Source: Candidatus Eiseniibacteriota bacterium
GTDB taxonomy: Bacteria > Eisenbacteria > RBG-16-71-46
DNA length: 64,000 nucleotides
Assembly: GCA_963725865.1 (NCBI GenBank)
Contig: CAVSAC010000012.1
Coordinates: 800,001-864,000, forward strand
Reading direction: 5' to 3'
Shown piece by piece: positions 20,019 through 30,563 of the stretch. The first letter of the stretch is position 1; each line of letters starts with the position of its first letter. A program made the translations under genes and the position numbers. The notes under the pieces are model-generated. The model searched no databases and was not told the origin of the DNA. It worked only from the letters and a program-made list of their open reading frames with translations.

Positions 20019-20411
20019 GGGGAGGACCTCCGGAGGTTCGAGCCTGGCTTCGAATCGGACGCACGTGCGCGAGGATAGCCTCGCGCGGCCCGGCTCCGCT
20101 CGCGGCGGCCCGTACGCCGGCGCCGCGAGCGGACCACCCCGCTCGCGCGCGGCCGCAGCCCGCCCGCACCGGTGCGGAGTCGGGGCGCGGCTGCGGACGC
20201 AGGAATCATGTCGCCCATCGCATTCAACATCGCGACGAACGTCTTGGCGTGCCGAGCGTTGGCGGTCGTACCCGGGAGGCATGCCGCCCCGCGCGCTCCG
20301 ACGATCTGGAGCGCGCGGGGAAACTCCGCGGACATCCGCCGCGTAGTCGATCGCGTCCGTCTCCATGCCCGATCCGCCGCTGCTCCCGCCGTCGCTCCCG
20401 GAGGTGCGCCG

Positions 20412-22178
20412 ATGCGCTTCGCCGCCGTCCCCGCCGTCCGTTTGCACCGCGCCCTCCAGCGAACGGCGCTGGCGCTCGCCGCCCTCGTGCTGGGGGCGAC
20501 GATCGCGCGCGCGTCCGCAGCCCGCGATCACTGGGCGCCGGCGGCCACCGCCGTCGAGATGCCGGTCGTGGTCGCCCTCGACGACACCGCGCGGGTGCGG
20601 CGCTGGCGGGAGGACCTACACGCGGTGACCGATCGCGTCCTCGCGGTGCACCCGCGGCCGTTCGCTTTCTCGCCGCGAGCCGCGTTCGACTCGGCCGCGG
20701 TCGCGATCGAGGCCGGTATCCCGCGGACGCCGGACCGGGTGATCGCGGTGGAGATCATGCGCATGGTCGCGCTGCTCCAGGACGGGCACACGATGGCCGT
20801 CGGCACGCTGCCCGCGCTCGGGTTCACGTCGGTGCTGCCGCTGTGGCTCCGACCGTGCGAGGACGGCCTGTTCGTCGCGGCTGCCGGACCCGAGTACGCG
20901 CGCCTCGTGGGAGCGCGCGTGGTGCGGATCGGCCCGCTGCCCGCACCGCAGGCGCTCGAGCGCGTGATGAGCGCGACCAGCGGGGACAACCGCTACACGC
21001 GGCTCGACCGCGCACCCCTGTTCCTGATGATGCCGCAGGCGCTGCAGGCGCTCGGAGTGGTCGCCGATCCGGATCAAGTCGCGCTCGAGCTCGAGTGGGC
21101 CCCCGGTCGGAGCGAGCGCGTGACCGTCGCGGGCGGGGCGCCACCGGCGGGATTCCCGGAGGCGTTCCTCGAGAGCGAGCCGCAATTCCCCGCCGGCTGG
21201 GCAAGTGCGCGGCGAATCCCGCCGGGCGGCCTGCCGCGCTGCGACCGCCGTCCCGCCGACGCGTGGTGGTACGAGTATCTGCCGGAGGCGCGGGTGATGT
21301 ACCTGCGGATACGCCGCGTCGAGCCCGTCTCGCGGGACTCCGCGGTAGCGGACTTCTACCGCCGGATGTTCGCCGAGCTCGATCGCCTGCGGCCGGCGGG
21401 GCTGGTGATCGACCTGCGCCAGGACCACGGTGGCAACAACACCATCCTCGACGTGCTGGTGCGCGGGATCGTCCAGCGCCCGTGGCTCGATCGCGATGGA
21501 TCGCTGTTCGCGCTCATCGACCGCGGCGTGTTCTCGGCCGCGATGAACGCGGCGGTGTTCCTCGAGGACCGGACCCAGGTGACGTTCGTGGGGGAGCCCA
21601 CCGGCGGCCGGCCCAACCACTACGGTGATGCGCCCGAACGCACCACGCCGAACTTCGGGATGATGTTCCAAGTCTCCACCCTGCCATGGATGTCGCGCGA
21701 TCCGTCGGACGCGCGCGAGTGGATCGCCCCCGCGATCGCGGTCCCTTCGACGTTCGCGCGCTGGCGCGACGGCGGTGACCCGGCACTGGACGCCGCGCTC
21801 GATGCGATCGCCCACGGCACGCTGACCTCACGCGCGCTCGCAGCCGCCCGGCGCGGCGGGGCCGACGCGGTGGTGGCCGAGTGCGAGGCGTGGACGCGGC
21901 AACACGTGGATCCGTGGGGGGGCTCCGGTGCGCCCGAACTGCGGGGGCTGACCGAGCGGCTGCTTGACGAGGGCGAGCGCGCGGACGCGGTGATCGTGGG
22001 TGAGGCGTGGAGCCGGCTCGAGCCTCGCTCGGGCTACGCGTGGTCGCGCCTCGCGCAGGCGTACCTGAGGGTCGGTGACCGCGTCCATGCGGCGCAGAGC
22101 CTGCGCAAGGTGCTCGAGCTGTACCCGAACGCCGGCTTCGCCCGCCGGATGCTGGAGAGCCTCGGCGAAAAGCCGTAG
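20412..22178 (+). CDS. secreted S41-like peptidase with C-terminal TPR
   Basis: Signal peptide; LQDGHT, IDLRQDHGG, VFSAA, VGEPTGG; TPR-like C-terminal helices. Confidence 0.78.
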   Translation: MRFAAVPAVRLHRALQRTALALAALVLGATIARASAARDHWAPAATAVEMPVVVALDDTARVRRWREDLHAVTDRVLAVHPRPFAFSPRAAFDSAAVAIEAGIPRTPDRVIAVEIMRMVALLQDGHTMAVGTLPALGFTSVLPLWLRPCEDGLFVAAAGPEYARLVGARVVRIGPLPAPQALERVMSATSGDNRYTRLDRAPLFLMMPQALQALGVVADPDQVALELEWAPGRSERVTVAGGAPPAGFPEAFLESEPQFPAGWASARRIPPGGLPRCDRRPADAWWYEYLPEARVMYLRIRRVEPVSRDSAVADFYRRMFAELDRLRPAGLVIDLRQDHGGNNTILDVLVRGIVQRPWLDRDGSLFALIDRGVFSAAMNAAVFLEDRTQVTFVGEPTGGRPNHYGDAPERTTPNFGMMFQVSTLPWMSRDPSDAREWIAPAIAVPSTFARWRDGGDPALDAALDAIAHGTLTSRALAAARRGGADAVVAECEAWTRQHVDPWGGSGAPELRGLTERLLDEGERADAVIVGEAWSRLEPRSGYAWSRLAQAYLRVGDRVHAAQSLRKVLELYPNAGFARRMLESLGEKP

Positions 22179-22193
22179 ACGCGGGACGCGTGA

Positions 22194-22217
22194 GCGGGCA
22201 GCCGGTTCGCTGCCCGC
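22194..22217. terminator. hairpin between convergent genes
   Basis: gcgggcagc-cggttc-gctgcccgc forms a perfect 9-bp stem. Confidence 0.45.
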
Positions 22218-22228
22218 AGCTCGATGCC

Positions 22229-23704
22229 TCAGGCCGCAGTGCTCGGAGCGTGTAGGACCCTGTGCGAACCGTGGGGCGCCACGCTCCTGAGCGCCACGCG
22301 CACCCGGGCCTCGAGCGGACTGTCATCGGGCATGTCGGCGCACGGCGCCGCCGCGCGGCGCGCGTCCTCGATGTTGACCCCGAGGGCGCGCAGCCATGGG
22401 AGGACCTCTTCCACGCGTGCCCGAGCGGCGGCCGCACGCTCGCGCTCGAGTGACCGCGCGACGTCGCGCGCCCCGGCGGCCTCGTGCTCGCGAGCCTGGG
22501 CCACTTCGCGCGCGCGGACCTCGGCGGCCGCGCGCGCCATTGCGGCCTCGCGATCGTGGGCCTGCGCCGCCTCGCGCGCACGCGCCACAGCGACGTCGCG
22601 CGATTCCGCCGAGCGACGCCGCGCTGCGTCGCGCTGGTTGCGCATGAACTCGGCGCCGTACGCGCGCTCGGCATCGAGCTGGTTGTGGGCCCGGCACCGC
22701 AGGCGCAGGCCCCCGACGGTCGCCCGCCCGCCGCGTGCGAACGGCTCGACGTGATCGAACTCCAGCCGGGCTCGGGTCTCGCATTGATGACCGTTGTCGC
22801 CCACGAACGAGCACCGTCCACCGTCGCGCTGCCAGACCATGCGGCGGATCTCGGCGGGCACATAACGAGTATCGGCCGCGCGACGCGGGCGGCTCGGGCG
22901 CTGGCGCGCGCTGCGCGCGAAGCGACGCTGCTCGAGCTTGGCGATCAACGCGTCCAGCGCGCGATCCAGCACCTGAGCCAGGTCGCCCGAAGGCACGGCG
23001 TGCCCGAGCAACGCCTGCGCATAGCGCAGCTTGTCCTGGGTGGCCTGCGTGATCGTGACCTGCAACGCGACCTTGCCCGGCGAGAGCGGCGTGAGCTTGG
23101 CGCGCGAGTCCGAATCCTGAGCATGCCCCGGAGCATGCTGAGTCGCGGGCGCTGCGATTGGCGCTGGCGCCAGCAGGCCGCGATCTGCGCTCGACGGCTC
23201 CAACACATGTTCAGGCTCGGTCAAAATCACACGCCCCGGGGCGTGTTGTTCTTCACTTTCACAAGCAGCGAGCGGCGCCACGAGAGTCGGCACATCCGGC
23301 CGCGGGAAGCGCTCGGCCAGCAGTCGCTCGATCGCGATCTTGGACTGGCTCGCGCTGGCGGCCAGCAACTCGTTGGCATTCTCCGGCGAGAGATGCGGTG
23401 CCAGCAGGATCACGCCGCTCAGGTTCAGCCGGCCGTCGGCGAGCATTGGGAAGACGGCCGGGAACTGCCGCGCGACGCGGGCGGCATGGATGCGCTTGAA
23501 CGCGGCTTCTTCCGACAGCTTCAGCTCGCCCACGCACCACGCGTACATGGATGGGTATCCCGCCGGCAGGCACAGCCTGCGAGCATCGACCTCGGCCAGG
23601 TGCGCCAGCATCGCGGCGGTGGTGGTGCGGTCCTGGGCAACCAGGGCAGTCAGTTCGCGCAGCAGGACGTGGTCGGAGAGATGCGACAGTGCGTAGGTCT
23701 TCAT
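22229..23704 (-). CDS. HNH endonuclease with DUF222-like N-terminus and RuvA-C-like C-terminal helices (probable selfish element)
   Basis: MKTYALSHLSDHVLLREL..HLAEVDARRL..GYPSMYAWC; VWQRDGGRC..LEFDHVEPFARGG..LRLRCRAHN; less GC-biased codon usage than its neighbours. Confidence 0.85.
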   Translation of the reverse strand: MKTYALSHLSDHVLLRELTALVAQDRTTTAAMLAHLAEVDARRLCLPAGYPSMYAWCVGELKLSEEAAFKRIHAARVARQFPAVFPMLADGRLNLSGVILLAPHLSPENANELLAASASQSKIAIERLLAERFPRPDVPTLVAPLAACESEEQHAPGRVILTEPEHVLEPSSADRGLLAPAPIAAPATQHAPGHAQDSDSRAKLTPLSPGKVALQVTITQATQDKLRYAQALLGHAVPSGDLAQVLDRALDALIAKLEQRRFARSARQRPSRPRRAADTRYVPAEIRRMVWQRDGGRCSFVGDNGHQCETRARLEFDHVEPFARGGRATVGGLRLRCRAHNQLDAERAYGAEFMRNQRDAARRRSAESRDVAVARAREAAQAHDREAAMARAAAEVRAREVAQAREHEAAGARDVARSLERERAAAARARVEEVLPWLRALGVNIEDARRAAAPCADMPDDSPLEARVRVALRSVAPHGSHRVLHAPSTAA

Positions 23705-23967
23705 CACGGGACTCCGCTTCGGGGGCAGAGTCGCGGGGGCACTCTCTACTTCATAGCAGGCGTGTCTGCGGCGCTCGTGCTCGCGACGCCGCCGCACATC
23801 GGGGCGCGGCACGACACGAAATGGCCTGGCGCCGGTTCGCCGATCTCCACGCGCACGCCGCGCGCCCTGATGCGCGATCTGCACGCGGGCGGTGAGGTGG
23901 TGACGGTGGGGGGGCCGAACCGCGTCAAGAGGATTCGCATCGACTGCCGCGGCCCGCGCCCCCTCGC

Positions 23968-26085
23968 TCAGGGCGTCGCGCGCGCCGCGCCCGCTCCGGG
24001 TGCGCCGAGGTGCTTCCACAGGAACGTGTAGCCCAGCGCGCTCATGAACGCGCGCTGCTGGTTGTTCGCGGAGCCCGCGTGGCCGCCCTCGACGTTCTCG
24101 TAGTAGAGGACCTCGTGCCCCTGCTGCTCCAGCCGGTACACCATTCGACGCGCGTGGCCCGGGTGCACGCGGTCGTCGCGCGTGGAGCTGGTGAACAGCG
24201 TGGGCGGATACTTCGCGTCGGCCCGCACGTTCTGATAGGGCGAGAACGTGCGGATGAATGACCACTGCTGCGGATCGTCGGGATCGCCGTACTCCTCCAT
24301 CCACGAGGCGCCCGCCAGCAGCTTGTGATAGCGCTGCATGTCGAGCAGCGGGGACTCGCACACGATCGCGCCGAACAGATCGGGCCGCATGGTCAGCATG
24401 TTGCCCACCAGCAGGCCGCCGTTCGACGCGCCCTCGCAGCCGAGGTGCGGCGGGCTCGTGACCTTGCGCTTCACCAGGTCCTCGGCGACCGCGATGAAGT
24501 CCTCGTACGCGCGCGGCCGATTCGCCTTGACCGCCGCCTGGTGCCACCGCGGTCCGAACTCGCCGCCGCCGCGGATGTTCGCGACCACCAGCACCCCGCC
24601 GCGCTCGATCCAGCCGCTGCCCTGCACCCCGCTGTAGGCCGGCAGCGAGGGGATCTCGAAGCCGCCGTAGCCGGTGAGCAGCGTGGGCGCGGTGCCGTCG
24701 AGGCGCAGGTCCCTCGGCGCCACCTCGAAGTAAGGGACGCGCGTGCCGTCCTTCGAGACGGCCTCGTGCTGGCTCACCACGTCGCGGCTGCCGTCGAAGA
24801 AGGTCGGCGATCGCTTGAGCCTCTCGGGAGCGCCGGCGCCGGCCGCGCCGAGGTAGTACCCGGTGGGGGTGAGGAAGTCGGTGATGGTCATCCAGTAGTC
24901 GTCCGAGGTGCGCGAGTCGACCGCGTACGCGCTGATGTTCCCGAACTCGGGCACGCCGGGGATCGCCGTGCGCGTCCAGCGGCCGCCGTCGGGGCGCAGC
25001 GTGTAGATCCGACTGCGCACGTTGTCGAGCACGTTCAGCAGGACCGCGCTCTTCGTGGCGGAGAACCCGGCCAGCGACGTGCGCTCGGTGGGCTGGAACA
25101 GCACCTTCAGCTCGCGCTTCCCAGCGAGGAAGTCGTCGAAGCGCGCCGCGACCAGCGCCCCGGCGGGATACGTGGTGCCGCCGACCCTCCAGTCGGTTCG
25201 CAGCTGGACGAGCAGCCAGTCGCGCCACGCGAAGGCCTCCGCGTCGTCCGGCTTGTCGACGCGGATCAACCGTCCGTCGCGACGCAGGAACTCCTCGTTC
25301 GTGAACGTGGTGATGCCCCGATAGACGAAGTCCCGCTCGAAGCCCGGCGTGTCGTCGTGTCCGGCGGAGATCCACACGTCTTCCGGCTTGCCCTCGTAGA
25401 CCGGCGTCGCCGCCGCCAGCGGCGTGCCCCGCTTCCACTCCTTCACCACGCGCGGGTAGCCGGACTGGGTCATGGTGGAGGAGTCGAACGCCACCGCGAC
25501 GTACGCACGATCGCGATCGATCCAATGCAGCTCGCTCTTCGATTCCGGCAGCGAGAAGCCGTCGGCCACGAAGGTCTTGCTCACCAGGTCGAACTCGCGG
25601 ACCACGGCGGCATCCGCGCCGCCGCGCGAGAGCGAGATCAGGCAGCGGGTGTAGTCGGGCGCCAGCGCGTCGGCGCCCGACCAGTTCCAGTTCGCGTTCT
25701 CCGCGGCGCCGAGCGCGTCGAGATCGAGCACCGTCTCCCAGGCCGGCGCGTCCTTGCGGTACTCCGCGAGCGTCGTACGCCGCCACAGCCCGCGCGGGTG
25801 CTCGGCGTCGCGCCAGAAGTTGTAGTAGCGATCGCCAACACGGTTCACGTACGGGATGCGTTCCTTCGAGTCGAGGATGGCGAGGAGCCGGTCGGTCATC
25901 GCCTTGAACTCGGGCGACTGCGCGAGCGCGCGGGTCGACGCGCTGTCCTGCCGAGCGACCCATTCGAGCGCCGGCTGGCCGGTGACGTCCTCGAGCCAAA
26001 GGGCCGGATCGTCGGACGGCGGCGCGGCGTGGGAGGGGAGAGCGGCCAGCGTTGCGAGCAGGACCAGAGCGAGCAGGGTTCTCAT
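23968..26085 (-). CDS. prolyl oligopeptidase (S9A), secreted
   Basis: Signal peptide; YGGF, IRGGGEFG, catalytic GASNGG, DDRVHP, GGH. Confidence 0.96.
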   Translation of the reverse strand: MRTLLALVLLATLAALPSHAAPPSDDPALWLEDVTGQPALEWVARQDSASTRALAQSPEFKAMTDRLLAILDSKERIPYVNRVGDRYYNFWRDAEHPRGLWRRTTLAEYRKDAPAWETVLDLDALGAAENANWNWSGADALAPDYTRCLISLSRGGADAAVVREFDLVSKTFVADGFSLPESKSELHWIDRDRAYVAVAFDSSTMTQSGYPRVVKEWKRGTPLAAATPVYEGKPEDVWISAGHDDTPGFERDFVYRGITTFTNEEFLRRDGRLIRVDKPDDAEAFAWRDWLLVQLRTDWRVGGTTYPAGALVAARFDDFLAGKRELKVLFQPTERTSLAGFSATKSAVLLNVLDNVRSRIYTLRPDGGRWTRTAIPGVPEFGNISAYAVDSRTSDDYWMTITDFLTPTGYYLGAAGAGAPERLKRSPTFFDGSRDVVSQHEAVSKDGTRVPYFEVAPRDLRLDGTAPTLLTGYGGFEIPSLPAYSGVQGSGWIERGGVLVVANIRGGGEFGPRWHQAAVKANRPRAYEDFIAVAEDLVKRKVTSPPHLGCEGASNGGLLVGNMLTMRPDLFGAIVCESPLLDMQRYHKLLAGASWMEEYGDPDDPQQWSFIRTFSPYQNVRADAKYPPTLFTSSTRDDRVHPGHARRMVYRLEQQGHEVLYYENVEGGHAGSANNQQRAFMSALGYTFLWKHLGAPGAGAARATP

Positions 26086-26488
26086 CGGAGTCTCCGAGAC
26101 GGGCGTGGGCGCGACATCGCGCGAACTGTCTCAGACCGCCGGCACCCCCGACAATCCCGAGGACACGTGCCCGGGGTGCGCTGGTCGCGCGCCGCGCCGC
26201 GCTCGACGCGACGCGGCGGGCGGACCCGGTCCGCCCTGCCACGGACGGCGACTCCCGGACCCGCTCCGACCTCGTCTTGGTGCCACGCGAAGAGGTGATG
26301 CACGGCCACCGGCGACCGCCGGCCCTCCCCCGAAGGCCCGACAGACCGGCCCTCGCGCGGACCTCTGCTTGCATTGCGCGAAGTCGGGGCGGGATCCGTC
26401 ACCGGGTGCCCGTGAGGCGCCTTGAGGAGCCACCCCCCCGGTGGGGTTCCCGCGACAGCGAGCGGGACGGCGACCGCCACGGCGGCCG

Positions 26489-28072
26489 CTACGGAGCGCC
26501 GCGCAGCTCCGTCGGGCCGCTCGGGCGCGGCGTGCGGTAGCGGGCGATCCATAGCGGCCCGCCGGTGGCCTCCCAGGTCTCCCGCAGCACGAGCATCCGG
26601 CCCTCGCCGGCTGCGGCCGCCTCGGCGAGTGCGACCACCTGGCGCCGCTGGGCCGAGTTCGGGCTGCGCACGATCACCCACACGTCGTCGAAGCCGGTTG
26701 CGCGCGCGCGGGCCGAATCGGCCATTTCGGCCAATTGCTGCGCCGTCCAGTGCGAGTGGAACGGCACCGCGGGGTGCGAGACCTCGATGCACGGCAGCGG
26801 TCGCGGCAGCCGGCGGTCGTAGTAGCGGAACGGATCGCTGTCGAACGGCACCAGCACCGCCGCGCGCCCGGCCGTGGCTCGCGCGCCGATCGACTGCGTG
26901 ACCTCGCGCCAGCGTTCCTTGCTGACGTCCCACTGCACTCGCAGGCACGCGTAGGCGGAGACCAGCAGCACCAGCACCCCCCAGACGCGACCGAGTGCCG
27001 CGGGACGCATGCGCGCCAGGCCGTAGGTGGTGAGCAGCGCCGCGAACGGGGTGAGCAGCACGAAGTAGCGCGGGAGCCACAGCGACTGGCGGAACGACAC
27101 GACGAACACCGCCAACAGCGGCGCGACCAGCGCGGTCAGCGCGATGCGCGCCGCCCGTCCGCGCGGATCGCTACGGCGCGCGGCCCAGACGCCGAGCGCG
27201 AGCGGCACCAGCGCGATCGCGAGCAGCAGCAGCTGCGCCAGCGGGCGCGGCAGGAAGTGGTCGATGCCCGGCGCCTGGCCGGCGCCGGTCGTGGTGACGA
27301 GCGGGACGGGCGAGAGCAGCACCGAGCGCAGGACCTGGAACACTCCGAGCGGGTCGGGCGCATCGATATACCAGTGGCTCTCGTTCAGGTGACCGGCCTG
27401 GCGCGCGCTGATCACGAGCCACGGCACGTACGACGCCACCGCCGCGGCGACCGCGAGCGCCCAGCGCACGAAGCGCCGGCGCCCGGCGGCGGTCAGCACC
27501 GCGAGCAGGCCCTGCACGCCGACGCCGAGCAGCGCGATGGGCTGCGTCCACAGCCCCAGCGCCAGCGCCGCGGTCAGCGGCCACCACGCGCGCGGGCGTT
27601 CGAATAGCACCGCGCGGGCGAACAGGTAGAGCGCGAGCACCGTCCACACCCCGACCAGCATGTAGGTGCGGGCCTCCTGGGCGTACATCAGCTGGTAGGG
27701 CGACAGCGCCACCAGCGCGGCGGCGAGCAGCGCCTCGCGGCGCTCGACCCACAGGCGCGCGAAGCGGTAGGTGAGCCAGACCATCGCGACCGCGGCGAGC
27801 GCCGACACCAGTCGCAGGTTCGCCTCGTCGTCGCCGAGCCGGAGCGCGAGCCAGGTGAGCAGGTGGAACAGCGGCGGGCTCGCGTCCTTGAACGCGCAGA
27901 AGCGCCACAGCTCGCCGAGCGTGCCGCTCGCGGCGGTCCACGTGGAGGCTTCGTCGGTCCACAGGCTGAGCGCGCCGAGCCGCCACAGGCGCAGCACCAG
28001 CGCCGCGAAGAGCACCATCATCAGGCTGCGGCGATCGGCCGCGACGTCGGTCCCGGACTCAGGCTGGCTCAC
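26489..28072 (-). CDS. GT-C (ArnT/PMT, GT39-like) membrane glycosyltransferase
   Basis: Multiple TM helices; SLWTDE, DASPPLF, YAQEARTY. Confidence 0.85.
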   Translation of the reverse strand: MSQPESGTDVAADRRSLMMVLFAALVLRLWRLGALSLWTDEASTWTAASGTLGELWRFCAFKDASPPLFHLLTWLALRLGDDEANLRLVSALAAVAMVWLTYRFARLWVERREALLAAALVALSPYQLMYAQEARTYMLVGVWTVLALYLFARAVLFERPRAWWPLTAALALGLWTQPIALLGVGVQGLLAVLTAAGRRRFVRWALAVAAAVASYVPWLVISARQAGHLNESHWYIDAPDPLGVFQVLRSVLLSPVPLVTTTGAGQAPGIDHFLPRPLAQLLLLAIALVPLALGVWAARRSDPRGRAARIALTALVAPLLAVFVVSFRQSLWLPRYFVLLTPFAALLTTYGLARMRPAALGRVWGVLVLLVSAYACLRVQWDVSKERWREVTQSIGARATAGRAAVLVPFDSDPFRYYDRRLPRPLPCIEVSHPAVPFHSHWTAQQLAEMADSARARATGFDDVWVIVRSPNSAQRRQVVALAEAAAAGEGRMLVLRETWEATGGPLWIARYRTPRPSGPTELRGAP

Positions 28073-28075
28073 GGG

Positions 28076-29149
28076 TCAGCCCTTCAGCAACAGGTCCACG
28101 ATGCGCAGGCCGCTGGTGCCGTCGCCGAACGGGTTGGGCCAGTCGCGACGGCGGTCGCGCATCGCGCGGGCGCACTCGACGATCCGCTCGGGCGTCGCGC
28201 CGGCGAGCATGTTCGCGCCGACCTCGACCGATTCCGGCCGTTCGGTGTTGTCGCGCAGCGTCACGCACGGCACGCCGAGGCTGCACGCCTCCTCCTGCAG
28301 GCCGCCAGAGTCGGTGAGCACCAGCGCGGCGCGGGCGTGCAGGCCGAGGAAGTCGAGATAAGGCAGCGGCGGCAGCGCGCGAACGCGGCCGTCGAAACCG
28401 AGGCCCATGCGCTCGAGCCGCGCGGCGGTGCGCGGATGGAGCGCGGCGAGCACCGGCAGGTCGAGCGCGGCCGCCGCCCGCGTGAGCCCCTCCACGATGC
28501 CGCGCAGGCGCTCAGGGCGGTCGGTGTTCTCGGCGCGGTGCACGGTGGCGAGCGCGTAGCGGCCCGGCGTGACCGCGAACTGCTCGAACAGCCCCGGGCG
28601 CATCGCGCGCTCGCGCTGCCGCAGCAACTCGTCCACCACCGTGTTGCCGGTCACGTGGATGCGCGCGGGCGCGATCCGCTCGCCGAGCAGGATGTCGCGC
28701 GAGTGCTCGGTGGGCGCGAACAGATACTCGGAGAGGTGGTCGGTGAGGATGCGGTTGATCTCCTCGGGCATGCCGCGGTCGTACGAGCGCAGCCCCGCCT
28801 CCACGTGGCCGACCGGGATCCCCATCTTCTGAGCGGTCAGCGCGCCGGCGAGCACCGACGAGGTGTCGCCCTCGACCAGCAGCACGTCGGGGCGCTCGCG
28901 CGCCAGCAGCGGCTCGAACCCGAGGATCATCGTGCCGATCTGGTACGCCTGCGTCCCGGACCCCACCTCGAGGTTGGCGTGCGGCACCGGCAGGCCGAGC
29001 TCCTGGAAGAACACCCCGTCCATCTCGAACGAGTAGTGCTGGCCGGTGTGGAGCAGCAGGAACGGCGTGCCGCGGGTCTGGCATGCGCGCACGACCGGGG
29101 CCATCTTGATGATCTCGGGGCGCGTCCCGACGACGATGCCGATCTTCAT
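28076..29149 (-). CDS. wecB: UDP-N-acetylglucosamine 2-epimerase (non-hydrolysing)
   Basis: GTRPEIIKMAP, HTGQHY, HVEAGLRS, TDSGGLQEEA, NPFGDG. Confidence 0.96.
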   Translation of the reverse strand: MKIGIVVGTRPEIIKMAPVVRACQTRGTPFLLLHTGQHYSFEMDGVFFQELGLPVPHANLEVGSGTQAYQIGTMILGFEPLLARERPDVLLVEGDTSSVLAGALTAQKMGIPVGHVEAGLRSYDRGMPEEINRILTDHLSEYLFAPTEHSRDILLGERIAPARIHVTGNTVVDELLRQRERAMRPGLFEQFAVTPGRYALATVHRAENTDRPERLRGIVEGLTRAAAALDLPVLAALHPRTAARLERMGLGFDGRVRALPPLPYLDFLGLHARAALVLTDSGGLQEEACSLGVPCVTLRDNTERPESVEVGANMLAGATPERIVECARAMRDRRRDWPNPFGDGTSGLRIVDLLLKG

Positions 29150-30465
29150 CCGCGCGCCCCGGCCCCCGCGCGAGCGGCGGTCTCGACGATCCACTCCTGC
29201 ATCATCTCGTCCGCCACTTCGCAGCAGGAGTTCCACGAGTTCACGCGCGGGTAGACCTGCGCGGTGCACACCAGGTAGAGGCGGCCCGGGATCACCGACG
29301 TCGGCGGGCGGACGTCGCGGTAGCCGACCGTCCAGATCGGCTCCACGAACGGCGCCCGGAACAGGAACGCGTCCTCGATCGAGTTGCCGGCGGCCGGGAA
29401 CAGCGCCTGCAGGTCGCGGCGGTAGATCGCGAGCATCTCGGCGTCCGGTGTCTGGAAGAGCGCGCTGTCGCGGTGCGTGTAGTTCACCAGGTAGTTCACG
29501 TGGAGCCCGTGCGCGCGCTCGAGCGGCACCAGGTTCGACATCTCGATCACGCCCTGTGAGGTCGCGCCGCTGTCCACCCACGGCATCCAGTAGTAGTGGG
29601 TGATGGGCTCGCGGGTCAGGAATACGCCGCTCATCACGCCCTGGTAGTCGAGCTTCAGCTGCGCCAGCTTCGGCGGGACCGGCAGCCCGGCCGTCATGCG
29701 CTGGAACTGCGGCAGGGGCGAGGTCGCGACCACGCTGTCGAACGCCTCGAGCGTGCCGTCCTCGAGCCGCACGCCCATGCGCTCGCCCTGCAGCTCGAGC
29801 GCGCGCACGCGGGTCTTCATGCGGAGGCTCGCGCCCCGCTCGCGCAGCCGGCGCTCGAACGCGTCGATGAGCGTCCGGTAGCCGCCCGGCAGGCAGCCCT
29901 TGGTCTCGGTCGGGGCGCTCTTCTCACGGTGCATGCGACTGGTGAGCCACAACGCCGGCAGCGCCGCGTAGTGGTCGCCGATCTTGGCCGAGAGCAGCGG
30001 CTTCCACAGCACCTCGAACGCGCGCTCGCCGACCTGCTTGCGCACCCAGTCGGCCGCGGTGACGCCGTCGAGATGGGGATCGAGGCCGTGGCTGCGCGCG
30101 CGCAGGCCCAGCAGCCCCATGCGCACGCGCTCCAGCGGGGTCAGCGCCCCGAAGCGCAGCAGGTCGAGAGGGGTGTTCATCGGCCAGATGCGCCGCCGGT
30201 ACATGAACCCCATCTCCGTGCGCTTCCAGAGCAGCTCGCGGTCGAGGCCCAGTTCGCGCACGTGCGCGAGCAGCGCGAGGTCGTCCGGGAGGATGCAGTG
30301 ATAGAAGCGCTCGAGGTGACCGTCGCGGTAGGGGAACGTGGTGCCGAGGCCGCCCAGGATATCGTCGCCCTCGAACAGCGTCACGCGATGGCCCAGCGCC
30401 GCCACGCGGGACGCGCTGGCCAGCCCGGAGATGCCACCACCGATGATCGCGACGTCGAGCGCCAT
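29146..30465 (-). CDS. FAD-dependent oxidoreductase (amine/protoporphyrinogen oxidase-like, glycan-cluster type)
   Basis: IIGGGISGL Rossmann motif; LGGL..LERFYHCI; ATGA overlap with wecB. Confidence 0.85.
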   Translation of the reverse strand: MALDVAIIGGGISGLASASRVAALGHRVTLFEGDDILGGLGTTFPYRDGHLERFYHCILPDDLALLAHVRELGLDRELLWKRTEMGFMYRRRIWPMNTPLDLLRFGALTPLERVRMGLLGLRARSHGLDPHLDGVTAADWVRKQVGERAFEVLWKPLLSAKIGDHYAALPALWLTSRMHREKSAPTETKGCLPGGYRTLIDAFERRLRERGASLRMKTRVRALELQGERMGVRLEDGTLEAFDSVVATSPLPQFQRMTAGLPVPPKLAQLKLDYQGVMSGVFLTREPITHYYWMPWVDSGATSQGVIEMSNLVPLERAHGLHVNYLVNYTHRDSALFQTPDAEMLAIYRRDLQALFPAAGNSIEDAFLFRAPFVEPIWTVGYRDVRPPTSVIPGRLYLVCTAQVYPRVNSWNSCCEVADEMMQEWIVETAARAGAGARG

Positions 30466-30563
30466 GCCACCTTCCTGGGGTCGAAGTGAGGCGTGCCTGC
30501 CAGCGGCCCGCCGGGCGCGTCCCGAGGACCCGGAGCGCGGCTCCAGGCACCTCGACGCCTTCG

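Noticed and set aside
26358..26373. CGGACCTCTGCTTGCA, a GG-N10-GC sigma54-like site on the + strand
   Set aside because: Poor -24 context, and it points antisense into the end of the GT-C gene with no credible downstream ORF.
22229..26374. 1381-aa minus-strand ORF suggesting a giant HNH fusion
   Set aside because: The N-terminal ~890 aa is an off-frame shadow of the prolyl oligopeptidase; the real protein starts at MKTYALS (23704).
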